Part shown: piece by piece, positions 21,240 through 31,698 of the stretch
How positions within the stretch are numbered: position 1 is the first letter of the stretch
How the letters are laid out: every line of letters starts with the position of its first letter
Origin: Nevskiaceae bacterium
GTDB lineage: Bacteria; Pseudomonadota; Gammaproteobacteria; Nevskiales; Nevskiaceae
NCBI GenBank assembly: GCA_965216845.1
Contig: OZ244200.1
Span: 3,027,368-3,091,367, forward strand
DNA length: 64,000 nt
Reading direction: 5' to 3'
Notes under the pieces: generated by a model
What the model saw: the letters and a program-made list of their open reading frames with translations, nothing else
The model's database searches: none
What the model was told of the DNA's origin: nothing
Translations under genes and position numbers: made by a program

Positions 21240-21905
21240 TCAATGTCCCAACCAGGCAGGCAGCTCGGCGACCGTTTCGATCAAGGCCATTGCCCCGCCT
21301 TGACGGATTCTTGCGCCGTCATGCGCGCCGCGACTGACCCCCACCATCGGCATGCCCAGTTGCCTGGCCATCTGCGCGTCATAGTCGGTGTCGCCAACCA
21401 TCAGCGCCTGTTCGGGGTGCAGCCTTGAACTGGCCAGCAGTTCGGCAAGCATCAACGGATCCGGTTTGGCTGCCGTTTCATCGGCAGTGCGGGAGCCGCA
21501 CATCATTTGTTCGACCTCCGGTGACATGCGAAGCGCCTGATCCAGACTGCGGCGTGTTTTTCCGGTGGCGATGGCCAGTTGATAACCCGCCGACCGCAGA
21601 CGCCGCAGTGCGCTGATCGCACCGGCGAACAGCGCCACATCCGGCTCCCCGGCGGCGGGCTTGCCACGCCGATATTCCATGATCCGCGCCAGCAATTGAT
21701 CAATGTCAGCCTGTGGGTAAAGCTGACGCAGGCCTTGCCGAAAATCAATGCCGATCAGTTCCACGATTTGCTGATCGGTTCTGGACGGCAGATCCAGCGC
21801 GACAATCATGTCCTGCATGTGACGCACGATGGCGCCAGTGCTGTCGGCCAACGTGCCGTCCCAATCAAAAATCAGCAGCTGCAACTGCGGCAACCGTCCG
21901 CTCAT
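21240..21905 (-). CDS. HAD-superfamily hydrolase (phosphoglycolate phosphatase-like)
   Basis: 221 aa with motif I (LLIFDWDGTLADS), then ATGKTR and MVGDTDYD. It overlaps the rluC stop by 4 nt. Confidence 0.85.
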   Translation of the reverse strand: MSGRLPQLQLLIFDWDGTLADSTGAIVRHMQDMIVALDLPSRTDQQIVELIGIDFRQGLRQLYPQADIDQLLARIMEYRRGKPAAGEPDVALFAGAISALRRLRSAGYQLAIATGKTRRSLDQALRMSPEVEQMMCGSRTADETAAKPDPLMLAELLASSRLHPEQALMVGDTDYDAQMARQLGMPMVGVSRGAHDGARIRQGGAMALIETVAELPAWLGH

Positions 21906-22864
21906 GAGCCAGCAGCCCCCTGTTCCGCCAATTGCGCCAGCACGGCGTCCAACTCACCGGCCAGCGGCGCGTGCACCACCAACTCCGGAAATTGCGCGGC
22001 TTGCGGCAGGCGCAACAGATGTGCATGCAGGAACATACGCCGCAAACCGATGGATCGCGCCCAATGCACACTTGCGCGATCCGCATACTTGTCGTCACCG
22101 GCCACCGGATGCCCGATGGATGCCGCGTGTACGCGAATCTGATGCGTGCGCCCGGAATGTATCCGCACCTGGCACAGTGTGGCGCCGGCAAAGCGCGTGT
22201 GGGCGTGGAATTCGGTCTTTGCGTCCTGACCGCTTTCGTCGTCAACCCGCATGATGCGTTCACCGCCGGCGACCGCCGTCTTGGTCAGTGCGCCGTCCAC
22301 TTGGCGTATCTCGCCTTTCAGGCGCCCGCAGAGCAAGGTGAAATAGCGCTTGTCCGCCACTCTTGCCGCCAAGGCCTGATGCGCCCGCAACAGCGCGGCG
22401 CGGCTCTTGGCCAGCAACATCACGCCGCTGGTGTCACGATCCAGGCGGTGGCAGAGCTCGACAAACTCGAAACGGTTCCAGGCCTTGACCGCCTCGATCA
22501 CGCCGTAGTCCAGGCCACTGCCGGCATGCACGGCGATGCCGGCCGGCTTGTTCAAGGCCAGGTAATGTGCATCTTCATGAATGATGGCCTCACGCAAGCG
22601 GTTCAGCACCGCGTCCGGCGGGCGCGCTTTCTCGCCTGGCCCCGACACACGCACCGGTGGCACGCGAACCTCATCACCCAAGGCCAGTTTGCGCTGTGGC
22701 TTGACCCGACCACCATTGATTCTGACCTGCCCCGAGCGCAGCAATCGGTAAACGTGTGACCTGGGCACGCCGCTCAGGGTCCGCATCAGGAAATTGTCGA
22801 TGCGCTGACCGGCTTCGCCCTCGCCGGCGCGCAAGTATCGGACTTGTTGATTGGCTTGTGGCAA
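21902..22864 (-). CDS. rluC: 23S rRNA pseudouridine synthase RluC
   Basis: It has an S4 domain (GQRIDNFLMRTLSGVPRSHVYRLLRSGQVRINGGRVK) and the RluA-family catalytic motif HRLDRDTSGVMLLAK. The ORF is open to 23026 but has no ATG before the conserved region. A TTG at 22864, about 10 nt after GGAG, gives about 320 aa, the E. coli RluC size. Confidence 0.8.
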   Translation of the reverse strand: MPQANQQVRYLRAGEGEAGQRIDNFLMRTLSGVPRSHVYRLLRSGQVRINGGRVKPQRKLALGDEVRVPPVRVSGPGEKARPPDAVLNRLREAIIHEDAHYLALNKPAGIAVHAGSGLDYGVIEAVKAWNRFEFVELCHRLDRDTSGVMLLAKSRAALLRAHQALAARVADKRYFTLLCGRLKGEIRQVDGALTKTAVAGGERIMRVDDESGQDAKTEFHAHTRFAGATLCQVRIHSGRTHQIRVHAASIGHPVAGDDKYADRASVHWARSIGLRRMFLHAHLLRLPQAAQFPELVVHAPLAGELDAVLAQLAEQGAAGS

Positions 22865-23163
22865 AATGGCATTACTCCGTGATTCCAGGTGGCATTCCCG
22901 GAGCCCGAAATCTGACCGCACGGCATGCGCCGTCGGTGACGAGGGATCGAACGGTCGTGCGTTGGCGAACACCGCCAAGAGCTTAGCCTTGTTTCGTTCC
23001 CGATGTGTTGTCCAGCCAAAGATCAAATCACAAAGCTGGGACAGATGTTTCCCATTAGCCTACAGGCTCCCGCATCGCAGAACCCGAATCAATCCAATGA
23101 ACCTGCGCCTGCCAGATAACGCATTCGCGTGGCTGCGGTTGAGCCTTTTCAGAGACCGCATTC
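22865..23163 (+). promoter_or_regulatory. rne promoter plus a long 5' leader (about 300 nt, non-coding)
   Basis: This is a 299-bp gap between divergent rluC and rne with no plausible ORF. E. coli rne has a long structured autoregulatory 5' UTR; the assignment here is by analogy only. Confidence 0.4.
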
Positions 23164-26025
23164 ATGAAACGCATTTTGATCAACGCCACGCAGCGCGAAG
23201 AACTGCGCGTGGCCATCGTAGACGGCCAGAAGCTGCATGACCTCGATATCGAGATCGCTGGACGAGAACAAAAGAAATCAAACATTTACAAGGGCAAGAT
23301 CACTCGTATCGAGCCCAGTCTGGAAGCCTGCTTTGTTGAGTACGGCAGTCAGCGGCACGGCTTTCTGCCGCTGAAGGAAATCGCCAAGTCCTACTATCGT
23401 CAGCCCTCAGGCTCGATCCGTGAAGTTCTGGCCGAAGGCATGGAGCTGATCGTCCAGGTTGAAAAAGAAGAGCGCGGCAACAAGGGCGCGGCGCTGACAA
23501 CCTACATCTCGCTGGCCGGACGCTATCTGGTCCTGATGCCCAACAACCCACGCGCCGGCGGCGTCTCGCGGCGCGCCGAGGGCGACGAACGGCAGGAAGC
23601 CAAGGCCGCGCTGGAGTCGATGAAACTACCGCAAGGCATGGGCGTGATCGTGCGTTCCAACGGCGTCGGCCGCAACGCCGAGGAGTTGCAATGGGATGCC
23701 GACTATCTGGCCGATATCTGGCGCGCGATTGAAAAAGCCGCTGAAGACAAACCCGCACCGTTTCTGATCTATCAGGAAAACAACATCATCTTGCGCGCCT
23801 TGCGTGACTATCTGCGGCCGGATATCGGCGAGGTGGTGATCGACCACGAGCAGATTTTCGCCGAAGCCCGGCGTCACCTTGAACTGGTGATGCCGCAAAG
23901 CCTGAAGCTGCTCAAGCTGCACCAGGACGATACGCCGCTGTTCTCGCGCTTCCAGATCGAATCCCAGATCGAACTGGCGCATGAGCGCACCATTCGCCTG
24001 CCGTCGGGTGGCTCGATTGTTATCGATCGCACCGAAGCGCTGACCTCCATCGACATCAACAGCGCCAAATCCACCGGCGGCGGCAGCATCGAAGACACCG
24101 CGCTCAATACCAACCTGGAAGCCGCCGATGAAATCGCGCGCCAGCTACGCCTGCGTGATCTCGGCGGCCTGGTGGTGATCGATTTCATCGACATGAACGC
24201 CAGCAAAAACCAGAAAGAGGTGGAGAAGCGTCTGGAGAAAGCCTGCGAGATCGATCGTGCGCGCATTCAGGTCGGGCGCATTTCGCGCTTTGGCCTGCTG
24301 GAAATGTCGCGCCAACGGCTGCGCCCCACGCTGGCCGAACACACGCAACTGAGCTGTCCGCGCTGCAGCGGACAAGGTCATATCCGCAGCGTCGAATCCA
24401 TTTCACTGTCCGTGCTGCGCTTGATTGAAGAAGAAGCGATGAAAGACCGCACCGGTCGCGTCATCGTGCAGGTGCCGCTGGATGTCGGCACCTTCCTGCT
24501 CAACGAAAAACGTATCGACGTGCGGGAAATCGAATCGCGCTGCCGCGTGACCGTGGCGGTGATTCCCAACGCGACGTTGCAGTCGCCGCACTTCGAAATT
24601 CGGCGCGTGCGTGGCGATCAGCTGCAGCAGGACGACAACGCCGCCTGGAGTCATTTGCTGGCGCAGAACTTTGACGCCGACGCGATTGAACAAATGGCGG
24701 AATCGCGGCCCGCGGCCCGCAGCGAAGCCGCCGCCGTCAAGCAAATCACGCCGTCGGCTCCGGCTCCGCAGCCGATCGCGCCCGCACCGGCCATGAAAAC
24801 GACCGAGGGCGAATCATTCTGGAGCAAACTGCTCAAGCTGTTGGGCGTTGGCCCCAAACCGCCGCCCAAACCCAAGAAAGCGCCGCCCAGAAACCGTCGC
24901 ACCGCGCCGAACAAGGAGGATTCCAAGCGGCGCGCCGACGCCAGCAAGTCACGCAGCAACAACGCGCAACGTGGACAGAACCAGCGTCGCGGCGAGCGTT
25001 CCCAAGCGGCGCAAAACAAGAACCAGCCGAAAAAGGACAACACCGCCAGCAGCGCCAAAAACAGCGGTGCACGCAACGCCGGCGCGGAGTCCAGCAACAA
25101 CAACACCAAGAGCGGCGGCAACAACGGCAACAACGAAGGGCGTCGCAGCCGCCGTGGGCGCCGTGGGCGCGGACGCGGTGAACGGCAAGGCGAGCGCGCG
25201 GCATCCGTCAACCGCGACAACCTGCCGCCTGACCTTGCCGCTGCATTGATGCAGACACCGGAGCAGGCACAAACAAAGCAACCCAAGGCCGCCAGTGCCT
25301 CGCCGCAAGCGGTGCCGGCGCCAAGCACCGAAAAAACCGAGCAACCCAAGCCGGATACGCCCACACCGACCTCCGGCGCTGCGGAACATTCGACGCCGGT
25401 CGAAACCGTGGCGGCGGTTCACGACCCCATCGCGGACGCAGAAACAAGCCCGGTAGCAGAGGCCGTCAAACCCGAGCCCGCGCCTGTCTCGCCGGTTCAG
25501 TGCACCCAGAGCGCACCTCCTGAAACCACGCCGCCTGAAATCGAGCCACAAGCGGACGAAGCAGAAGCGCCAGCACAAAACGCAGGAATCACCAGCCCGA
25601 ACAGCCTGTCCAGCACCGGCGGCGGTCCGTTCGAGAACGTGGAAACCCGTTTCCCGGCGCCACCGCCGAGCATCAGCGCCGAACCGCAAACCATCGCCAC
25701 GGCCGAGCCGACCGAAGCACCAGGCCTGCAAGCCGACGTGCACACCGAGTCAGCACCTGTGGAACCACCCCAACAAGATGCGGAAACATCCGCGCCAGCG
25801 CCCGAACCCGAGCCGGTGGAACTTGAGGTGGAAGCGGTGACCGAAGAACCCGCGGCGACCACCGAGGAATCCCGCACGGCGCCATCAGCCGACGAGGCCG
25901 TGGAAGCAATCACGCAAACTGAGGACGAAACGCCAGCCGAGTCGCCAAGCAGCGAACCGGCATCGCCCTTCGTTCAGGTAGAAACCCGCTTCCCGGCGTC
26001 CGGCTCAACCCAAACCCGCAACTGA
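23164..26025 (+). CDS. rne: Ribonuclease E
   Basis: 953 aa. The N-terminal catalytic half reads [30 protein letters not shown]...S1 domain...DFIDM...CPRCSGQG (Zn-link). The C-terminal half is low-complexity with Arg-rich segments ([19 protein letters not shown]). Confidence 0.97.
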   Translation: MKRILINATQREELRVAIVDGQKLHDLDIEIAGREQKKSNIYKGKITRIEPSLEACFVEYGSQRHGFLPLKEIAKSYYRQPSGSIREVLAEGMELIVQVEKEERGNKGAALTTYISLAGRYLVLMPNNPRAGGVSRRAEGDERQEAKAALESMKLPQGMGVIVRSNGVGRNAEELQWDADYLADIWRAIEKAAEDKPAPFLIYQENNIILRALRDYLRPDIGEVVIDHEQIFAEARRHLELVMPQSLKLLKLHQDDTPLFSRFQIESQIELAHERTIRLPSGGSIVIDRTEALTSIDINSAKSTGGGSIEDTALNTNLEAADEIARQLRLRDLGGLVVIDFIDMNASKNQKEVEKRLEKACEIDRARIQVGRISRFGLLEMSRQRLRPTLAEHTQLSCPRCSGQGHIRSVESISLSVLRLIEEEAMKDRTGRVIVQVPLDVGTFLLNEKRIDVREIESRCRVTVAVIPNATLQSPHFEIRRVRGDQLQQDDNAAWSHLLAQNFDADAIEQMAESRPAARSEAAAVKQITPSAPAPQPIAPAPAMKTTEGESFWSKLLKLLGVGPKPPPKPKKAPPRNRRTAPNKEDSKRRADASKSRSNNAQRGQNQRRGERSQAAQNKNQPKKDNTASSAKNSGARNAGAESSNNNTKSGGNNGNNEGRRSRRGRRGRGRGERQGERAASVNRDNLPPDLAAALMQTPEQAQTKQPKAASASPQAVPAPSTEKTEQPKPDTPTPTSGAAEHSTPVETVAAVHDPIADAETSPVAEAVKPEPAPVSPVQCTQSAPPETTPPEIEPQADEAEAPAQNAGITSPNSLSSTGGGPFENVETRFPAPPPSISAEPQTIATAEPTEAPGLQADVHTESAPVEPPQQDAETSAPAPEPEPVELEVEAVTEEPAATTEESRTAPSADEAVEAITQTEDETPAESPSSEPASPFVQVETRFPASGSTQTRN

Positions 26026-26038
26026 ATACCAGGACAGA

Positions 26039-26806
26039 TCATGGGGTGCGGGCACGGAGTACGTCCGCCACCGCCAGTAAATCAGCTTCGGTATCAACAC
26101 CGGGTGGCGGCGCCTGCCCGGTGATCCCGACCTTGATGCGAAAACCATTGGACAGCGCGCGTAGCTGCTCCAGAGCTTCGCACTGCTCGACCGATGCCGC
26201 CGGCAAGCCGCTGAAGCGACGCAAACTGCCAACGCGATAGGCATAAAGCCCGATGTGGCGATACGCCAGGCCGGCGGGGAAATGATCAGCGTCGGAGTCA
26301 CCACGGGCGTCACGCTGCCACGGGATCGGCGCGCGTGAAAAATAAAGCGCGAACTGTTCTGCGTCCATCACCAGCTTGACCACATTCGGATCCAGCCACT
26401 GCCGGGCGGATTCGATTTGGTGACCCAGCGTCGCCAGATCCGCGCGTGGGTCCTGCGCCAGCAGTGACGCCGCCTGCTGCACCAATGCAGCCGGCATCAA
26501 GGGCTCATCACCCTGAAGGTTGACCACGATGCTGTCATCCCCCCAAGCGGCCTTTCTGGCGACCTCATTCACCCGGTCCGTGCCCGACTGGTGCGCCGGA
26601 TCGGTCATCATCGCCTGCGCACCAAAGCCGTTGACGACGGACAGCACGCGCTCATCATCACAAGCCACGACAACCTGATCCGCGCCGGCGCCCTTCGCCG
26701 CCTGCCACACGTATTGAATCAATGGCTTGCCGGCAATCTGCCGCAACACCTTCTGCGGCAAGCGGGTGGATGCCAAGCGCGCCGGAATGACGACCTTGAA
26801 TTTCAA
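26039..26806 (-). CDS. kdsB: 3-deoxy-manno-octulosonate cytidylyltransferase
   Basis: 255 aa with VVIPARLASTRLPQKVLRQIAGKPLIQYV...VNLQGDEPLM...HIGLYAYR. Confidence 0.95.
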   Translation of the reverse strand: MKFKVVIPARLASTRLPQKVLRQIAGKPLIQYVWQAAKGAGADQVVVACDDERVLSVVNGFGAQAMMTDPAHQSGTDRVNEVARKAAWGDDSIVVNLQGDEPLMPAALVQQAASLLAQDPRADLATLGHQIESARQWLDPNVVKLVMDAEQFALYFSRAPIPWQRDARGDSDADHFPAGLAYRHIGLYAYRVGSLRRFSGLPAASVEQCEALEQLRALSNGFRIKVGITGQAPPPGVDTEADLLAVADVLRARTP

Positions 26807-26835
26807 GGCGACGCTCCCTTTCGCTCCATTTTCGT

Positions 26836-27024
26836 TTATTTGATCTCTTCTTCGCTTAACAGCCTGGCTTCGTCTTCCAGCATCACCGGAACACCATCAC
26901 GCACCGGGTAGGCCAGACGCGCGGCCGGGGACCATAACTCCTGCTTGTCCGCATGCCACTCCAGCGGCGCGCCAGTCACCGGGCACACCAAGATATCCAA
27001 CAGACGCTGATCAACAACCGGCAC
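26836..27024 (-). CDS. ycaR: Trm112/UPF0434 family small protein (YcaR-like)
   Basis: 62 aa ([16 protein letters not shown]...[16 protein letters not shown]), lying between lpxK and kdsB as in E. coli. Confidence 0.8.
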   Translation of the reverse strand: MPVVDQRLLDILVCPVTGAPLEWHADKQELWSPAARLAYPVRDGVPVMLEDEARLLSEEEIK

Positions 27025-27030
27025 CTTCGC

Positions 27031-28029
27031 TCATCCTTTTTGACGCAGTGGTTCGATTAATTCTCGCACACGACGCTCGGCGGACGGGTCCAGTGCAATC
27101 TCCAATGGAACGGCGTGTAAGCGATTCAGGTCGAAGCCCGCGCATTTGACCGCATCCTTTTCCGTCATCAGCACCGGAAGGGCATCGTCAAAGCGCAGAT
27201 CAGACTCGGAAAATCGGTGATGATCGGCGAAAGCGTGCTCGATCAGCTCAATTCCAAACGCACGCAAGGCGTCGAAAAATGCCGCTGGCTTTCCGATGCC
27301 GGCGACCGCATGCACCCGTTGGCCTGACAAGTCTGAAAGATCGGATTTGGTTTGATCCACCAGATGAATCGCGTGCTGAATCCGTCGCTGATATCGAATC
27401 TGATGCGGATGGTGATGTGTAAACCCGTCGCCGTTGATGGCCAACAAAGCCACCTCGTCGAGCCGCGATCTCGGCTCACGCAGCGGGCCAGCCGGCAACA
27501 GGGCGCCATTGCCCAATCCACGCGCGCCATCCACCACGCAAATTTCCACATCGCGCGCTAAGCGATAGTGCTGCAAGCCATCATCAGAAATGATTAGATC
27601 GACTTCAGGTTTCGCGGCGAGCAATGCTCTGGCCGCCGCCAGCCGATCGGGCGAAACAAAGACGGGGGCCCCGGTTCGCTGCGCAACCAAGGTTGGCTCA
27701 TCACCGGCAAGCTCGGCGCTGGTTTGTGCACCGACGAACAGCGGGTAATGATCAGCCTTGCCGCCGTATCCGCGCGCAATGACGCCGGGCTGAAATCCCC
27801 AAGCGCGCAAGCGTTCGATCAAGTAAATCACCAGCGGCGTCTTTCCAGTGCCGCCCACGCTGATATTTCCAACCACCACAACAGGTACGGGAAGCGGCTG
27901 CGGGCTCGCGCTGAGTTGCCGACGGCGGCGACGGCTGATCCACCCGTACAAGGCCGACAAGGGCCGCAAGGCAAGCGGAGCGGATGCGCCATACCAGCGG
28001 CGCTCCATCCACTCACGCAAGCCGTCCAT
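27031..28029 (-). CDS. lpxK: Tetraacyldisaccharide 4'-kinase
   Basis: About 332 aa with VPVVVVGNISVGGTGKTPLVIYL (P-loop). The ATG at 28029 overlaps the msbA stop (TGATG). Confidence 0.92.
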   Translation of the reverse strand: MDGLREWMERRWYGASAPLALRPLSALYGWISRRRRRQLSASPQPLPVPVVVVGNISVGGTGKTPLVIYLIERLRAWGFQPGVIARGYGGKADHYPLFVGAQTSAELAGDEPTLVAQRTGAPVFVSPDRLAAARALLAAKPEVDLIISDDGLQHYRLARDVEICVVDGARGLGNGALLPAGPLREPRSRLDEVALLAINGDGFTHHHPHQIRYQRRIQHAIHLVDQTKSDLSDLSGQRVHAVAGIGKPAAFFDALRAFGIELIEHAFADHHRFSESDLRFDDALPVLMTEKDAVKCAGFDLNRLHAVPLEIALDPSAERRVRELIEPLRQKG

Positions 28030-29801
28030 CAAGCGCCGCTGGGTGACTGGAATTGCATTTGGTGCAAAGCCGCGTAATGCCCTTGGCGTTGCAACAGCGC
28101 CTCATGTTGACCCTGCTCCACCACGACACCGTTTTGCATGACGGCAATCTGATCGGCCGACTGGATGGTGGACAGTCGATGCGCGATCACCAGCGTGGTG
28201 CGGCCGACGCACAGGCGTTCCAAGGCCTCCTGAATCAGCCGCTCGGATTCGGTGTCCAGCGCCGAGGTCGCCTCGTCCAGAATCAGGATGGGGGCGTCCT
28301 TGAGCAAGGCGCGCGCAATGGCCAGGCGTTGCCGCTGACCGCCCGACAAGGCCACGCCGTTCTGACCGATGGAGGTTTCAAACCCCTGCGGCAGCTTCTG
28401 GATGAACTCCCAGGCATGGGCGGACTTGGCAACCTCCATCAAACGCGCCTGGCTGGGTGCTTGCTCCAAGCCGTAGGCGATATTCTGCGCCACACTGCCG
28501 GCAAACAACTTCACCTGCTGATCGACCAGGGCGATCTGGCTGCGCAGGCTTTGAACGTCGTACTCACGCAGATCGCGCCCATCCAGCAAAATACTGCCGC
28601 CATCAGGATCGTAGTAGCGCGGCAGCAGCGACAGCAGCGTGGACTTGCCGGAACCGGACCGGCCCACCAGCGCCACCGTTTGGCCCGGCTCCACTTTCAG
28701 ATCCACGCCACCCAGCACCTCGTCCAGTTCATCGCGATAGCGAAAATGCACAGCGCGAAATTCAATCGCGCCCCGTGCACGCTCGATGCCGAGCTGCCCG
28801 CCTTCGGGCTCACGTTGCTGCGCCATGAGCTGGAAGATATCGGTGGCGGCGGCAATGCCTTTCTGGATTTTTTCGTTGACGCGACTCAGCGCGCGCATGG
28901 GGTTCATCACTCCCAGCATCGCGCCGACGAATGACACGAAGGTCCCGGGCGTGATCTGCTCAATGGTTTCCGGTCGAGTGGCGAAAAACACGATGCCGGC
29001 CACCGCCCAGGCGGCGACGAACTGAATCAGCGCATCCGACCCGGCCTTGGTGGCCACCAGCTTCATCGCCAGCCAGCGGGCGCGTTCGTTGACCGCGCCA
29101 AAGCGCCGGTTCTCGTAATCCTGCGCGTTGTGGATCTTCACCACCCGCTGTCCGGAAACCGTTTCCTCCGCCGCCTGCGCCACGATGCCCATATTGTCCT
29201 GAATATGACGCGACACCTTGCGAAAACGCCGGCTCACATAGCGCACGATCAACGCGATGATGGGCGCCACAATCATGCAGAACGAGGCCAGCTGCCAGTT
29301 CAGCCAGAACATCAACCCCACCAGGCCGATGATGGTCAGCCCGTCCTTCACCACCGAGGTGAACGCGGTGCTGGCCGCCTCGGCCACCTGATCCACGTGA
29401 TAGGTCAGCTTGGCGATCAACTGCCCGGTGGAGACCTGATCAAAGTAGCGCGTGGGCATGCGCAGCAGTTGGTCGAACAGCTCGCCGCGCAAGGTCTTGA
29501 CCGTGTTGCGCGCAATCCAGGCCATGCCGTAGGTGGCGGCGAAGGACGACAGGCCGCGCATGATGAACAGGCCGATGATGGCGAACGGCATCCAGCGAAT
29601 CACCTCCGGATCGCGCTCCACAAAGCTGCCGTCCAGCAAGGGCTTCATCAGGCTCATGAAGCCAACTTCGGTTGCCGCCGCCGCCGCCATGCCAATCACC
29701 GCCAGCACCAGCACGTGCCAATAACGGCGGGTATAGCCCAACAAGCGCCCGTAAACGGCGTAGGGGCGAAAGTCCTGCGTTGCCTGCTGCGCTTCACTCA
29801 T
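28029..29801 (-). CDS. msbA: Lipid A export ABC transporter ATP-binding/permease MsbA
   Basis: 590 aa counted from the ATG at 29801 (MSEAQQATQDFRPYAVYGRLLGYTRRYW). It has a 6-TM domain, Walker A (GRSGSGKST), the signature LSGGQRQRLAIARA and Walker B (ILILDEATS). The ORF-track start at 30029 would overlap the HIT gene. Confidence 0.93.
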   Translation of the reverse strand: MSEAQQATQDFRPYAVYGRLLGYTRRYWHVLVLAVIGMAAAAATEVGFMSLMKPLLDGSFVERDPEVIRWMPFAIIGLFIMRGLSSFAATYGMAWIARNTVKTLRGELFDQLLRMPTRYFDQVSTGQLIAKLTYHVDQVAEAASTAFTSVVKDGLTIIGLVGLMFWLNWQLASFCMIVAPIIALIVRYVSRRFRKVSRHIQDNMGIVAQAAEETVSGQRVVKIHNAQDYENRRFGAVNERARWLAMKLVATKAGSDALIQFVAAWAVAGIVFFATRPETIEQITPGTFVSFVGAMLGVMNPMRALSRVNEKIQKGIAAATDIFQLMAQQREPEGGQLGIERARGAIEFRAVHFRYRDELDEVLGGVDLKVEPGQTVALVGRSGSGKSTLLSLLPRYYDPDGGSILLDGRDLREYDVQSLRSQIALVDQQVKLFAGSVAQNIAYGLEQAPSQARLMEVAKSAHAWEFIQKLPQGFETSIGQNGVALSGGQRQRLAIARALLKDAPILILDEATSALDTESERLIQEALERLCVGRTTLVIAHRLSTIQSADQIAVMQNGVVVEQGQHEALLQRQGHYAALHQMQFQSPSGA

Positions 29802-29855
29802 CCGCACGATGTTACTCCGTAAACTATTGCACTCAACAAATAACGGACTTTTTCG

Positions 29856-30197
29856 ATGAGCAAGACCCTGTTTGAAAAGATCATCGACCGCGAAATTCCG
29901 GCGGACATCGTTTTTGAGGATGAGCAATGCCTTGCGTTTCGCGACATCAATCCCGTCGCGCCCATGCACATCCTGCTCATCCCCAAAAAGCCCATGCCCC
30001 GATTGTGTGACGCGCAAGATGCTGACCAAGCCCTACTCGGTCATCTCATGCTGCAAGCCAACGCCATCGCGGAAAAAGAAGGCTTTGGCGAAGCCTACCG
30101 CCTGGTGGTCAACAACGGCGCCGCAGCCGGCCAATCCGTGTTTCACCTGCACCTGCACCTCATCGGAGGCCGCCCAATGAAATGGCCTCCGGGGTGA
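29856..30197 (+). CDS. Histidine triad (HIT) nucleotide-binding protein
   Basis: 113 aa with LFEKIIDREIPADIVFEDEQCLAFRDINPVAPMHILLIPKK and the HIT motif HLHLHLIGG. Confidence 0.9.
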   Translation: MSKTLFEKIIDREIPADIVFEDEQCLAFRDINPVAPMHILLIPKKPMPRLCDAQDADQALLGHLMLQANAIAEKEGFGEAYRLVVNNGAAAGQSVFHLHLHLIGGRPMKWPPG

Positions 30198-30270
30198 GCA
30201 GCGGTGTGCTTTGAAATGCTCCAGTGGAGCATTTCAGCCGCTGCGAACGCCCGACCGCTTGCCGGTCGGG
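30198..30270 (+). terminator. Two stem-loops immediately after the HIT gene stop (no U-tract)
   Basis: The first has an outer stem gcagcgg(30198-30204)/ccgctgc(30238-30244) enclosing an 11-bp stem tgaaatgctcc-agt-ggagcatttca (30212-30236). The second hairpin is cccgaccg...cggtcggg (30250-30270). Confidence 0.45.
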
Positions 30271-30387
30271 CCGGGCACGCCAATTCAGTTCTCAGGCTTC
30301 CTGTCCAGCAATCTGCACGCTCAAAACGACGGTTCGCCCAGACACTTGTCGTAGGAGCCGGGCACGCCAATGCAGTTCTCGGACTTC
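30270..30387. repeat. 31-nt direct repeat (28/31 identical), REP/MITE-like intergenic element
   Basis: Copy 1 is 30270-30300 (gccgggcacgccaattcagttctcaggcttc). Copy 2 is 30357-30387 (gccgggcacgccaatgcagttctcggacttc). Confidence 0.6.
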
Positions 30388-30453
30388 TTTTAATACATAA
30401 ACAGCGCCGCGATCAGCCGAATCTCAATCTGCGTCAAAAGACTACCGAACGGC

Positions 30454-31635
30454 TTAGCCCCTTCCAGCCTTGTTCAACGCAAACCCCACCAGCCGATCCG
30501 CTCCTCGCCTTGCACCGGCGATGTTTCGGGCCACCGGCCCTAGCTCCAGCTCCGCCAACGGTCCCGCCGTGAAGATGCGAGGGTGCCACCGCAGGTATCG
30601 GTCGACAATCGGATAACCACAGCCGGCGGTGGGTAATTCGAATTGTTCGACCAGCCGGTCCACCAGCTTTCCACCGGGCCGGTGATCGCAAAATCCCGTC
30701 GCGAGCAATATCCGCTCGGCTTGAAAGCTCGCACCGCAAGCCAGCTTCACCTTCAGGACGCCGGCACATGGAGTCACCGTTTCCACCTCGCTCTGGTGAA
30801 GGTGCAGCCGGCCTTGCTCGACTGCCCGCTCGATGGCGGACCCAATGACATCGGAGACCGAGCCGCGATGCCGCGCCTGTGCAATCATCGCGCGTCGCTG
30901 CTCGTAATCAGAACTGCGCGCAAACGCCCGCATGTACTTGGGCCCCAACCAGCCAGGGTCACTGTCGAATTGATGCACCCGCAGCCGGTGACGCATCACC
31001 AGATGCACGAAGACGCCTTGTTCGATCAGCCGCAAGCTGACTTGCGCGGCTGAAATCCCGCCGCCAACGACGGCCACTTGATCAGCGCAATGCATCGACT
31101 GACCGGGTTCGCGGTCAAACAGATGATGAATGGCAGGATGCGAACGCGCCCATGCCGGTCGCCACGGCTGGTCGCTCAAACCCGTTGCTAAAACGACGCG
31201 CCGCGTCTTGCGTACTTTTGCGGTTTCGGACTGCACCTTCAACCCACCACTGACCGGCGAAATATGCGCGACGGATTCGGCCACATGACAACGATCCAGC
31301 CCATATTTGCGAATCACGTAGTCGCTGTGCTGATTGAACAAGGCCAGCACGGGCCGATCATAGGGCGGCGCGAACAGGTCGGCCTGTCCGGCTTTGAGCT
31401 GGGCCGCGAACCAGCGCAGGGACGATGCCGTCAGGTCAAGGTGATGAACGATGGGCGATCGCAGGTGGCGCATCCCGGTCGCCGCAGTATTGGCTTTCCA
31501 GCGCGCCAGCAACGGCTCAGGGTCCACGATGCGTATTTGGTCTGGATCAACCCGTGCTTCGGCAATCAGCCGCGCGGCGATATGCACTCCGTGAATTCCG
31601 CCGCCGACAACAAGCCACTCGAACATTGCTGGCAT
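30454..31635 (-). CDS. FAD/NAD(P)-binding oxidoreductase, two dinucleotide-binding motifs, function unknown
   Basis: 393 aa with N-terminal WLVVGGGIHGVH (GxGxxG) and a second motif VAVVGGGISAAQ. Confidence 0.7.
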   Translation of the reverse strand: MPAMFEWLVVGGGIHGVHIAARLIAEARVDPDQIRIVDPEPLLARWKANTAATGMRHLRSPIVHHLDLTASSLRWFAAQLKAGQADLFAPPYDRPVLALFNQHSDYVIRKYGLDRCHVAESVAHISPVSGGLKVQSETAKVRKTRRVVLATGLSDQPWRPAWARSHPAIHHLFDREPGQSMHCADQVAVVGGGISAAQVSLRLIEQGVFVHLVMRHRLRVHQFDSDPGWLGPKYMRAFARSSDYEQRRAMIAQARHRGSVSDVIGSAIERAVEQGRLHLHQSEVETVTPCAGVLKVKLACGASFQAERILLATGFCDHRPGGKLVDRLVEQFELPTAGCGYPIVDRYLRWHPRIFTAGPLAELELGPVARNIAGARRGADRLVGFALNKAGRG

Positions 31636-31698
31636 CGCTCAGGCAAGTGCTTCTGCTCGACGCGGTGAGCACACCACGGTCTTCGGCCCCAGCAGCGG

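Noticed and set aside
22865-23026. An upstream extension of the rluC ORF (the ATG at 23026).
   Set aside because: It would add about 54 residues with no RluC similarity and would consume the rne leader region. The TTG at 22864 with GGAG upstream gives the expected length. The start remains uncertain.
24651-25913. Several ORFs on both strands within the rne 3' half (for example 24651-25364, 24949-25743 and 25497-25913).
   Set aside because: They are frame-shifted or antisense readings of the low-complexity RNase E scaffold region, and the rne frame is continuous.
29802-30029. A 76-codon N-terminal extension of the msbA ORF.
   Set aside because: It overlaps the divergent HIT gene and has no MsbA-like sequence. 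The conserved MsbA N-terminus begins at the ATG at 29801.
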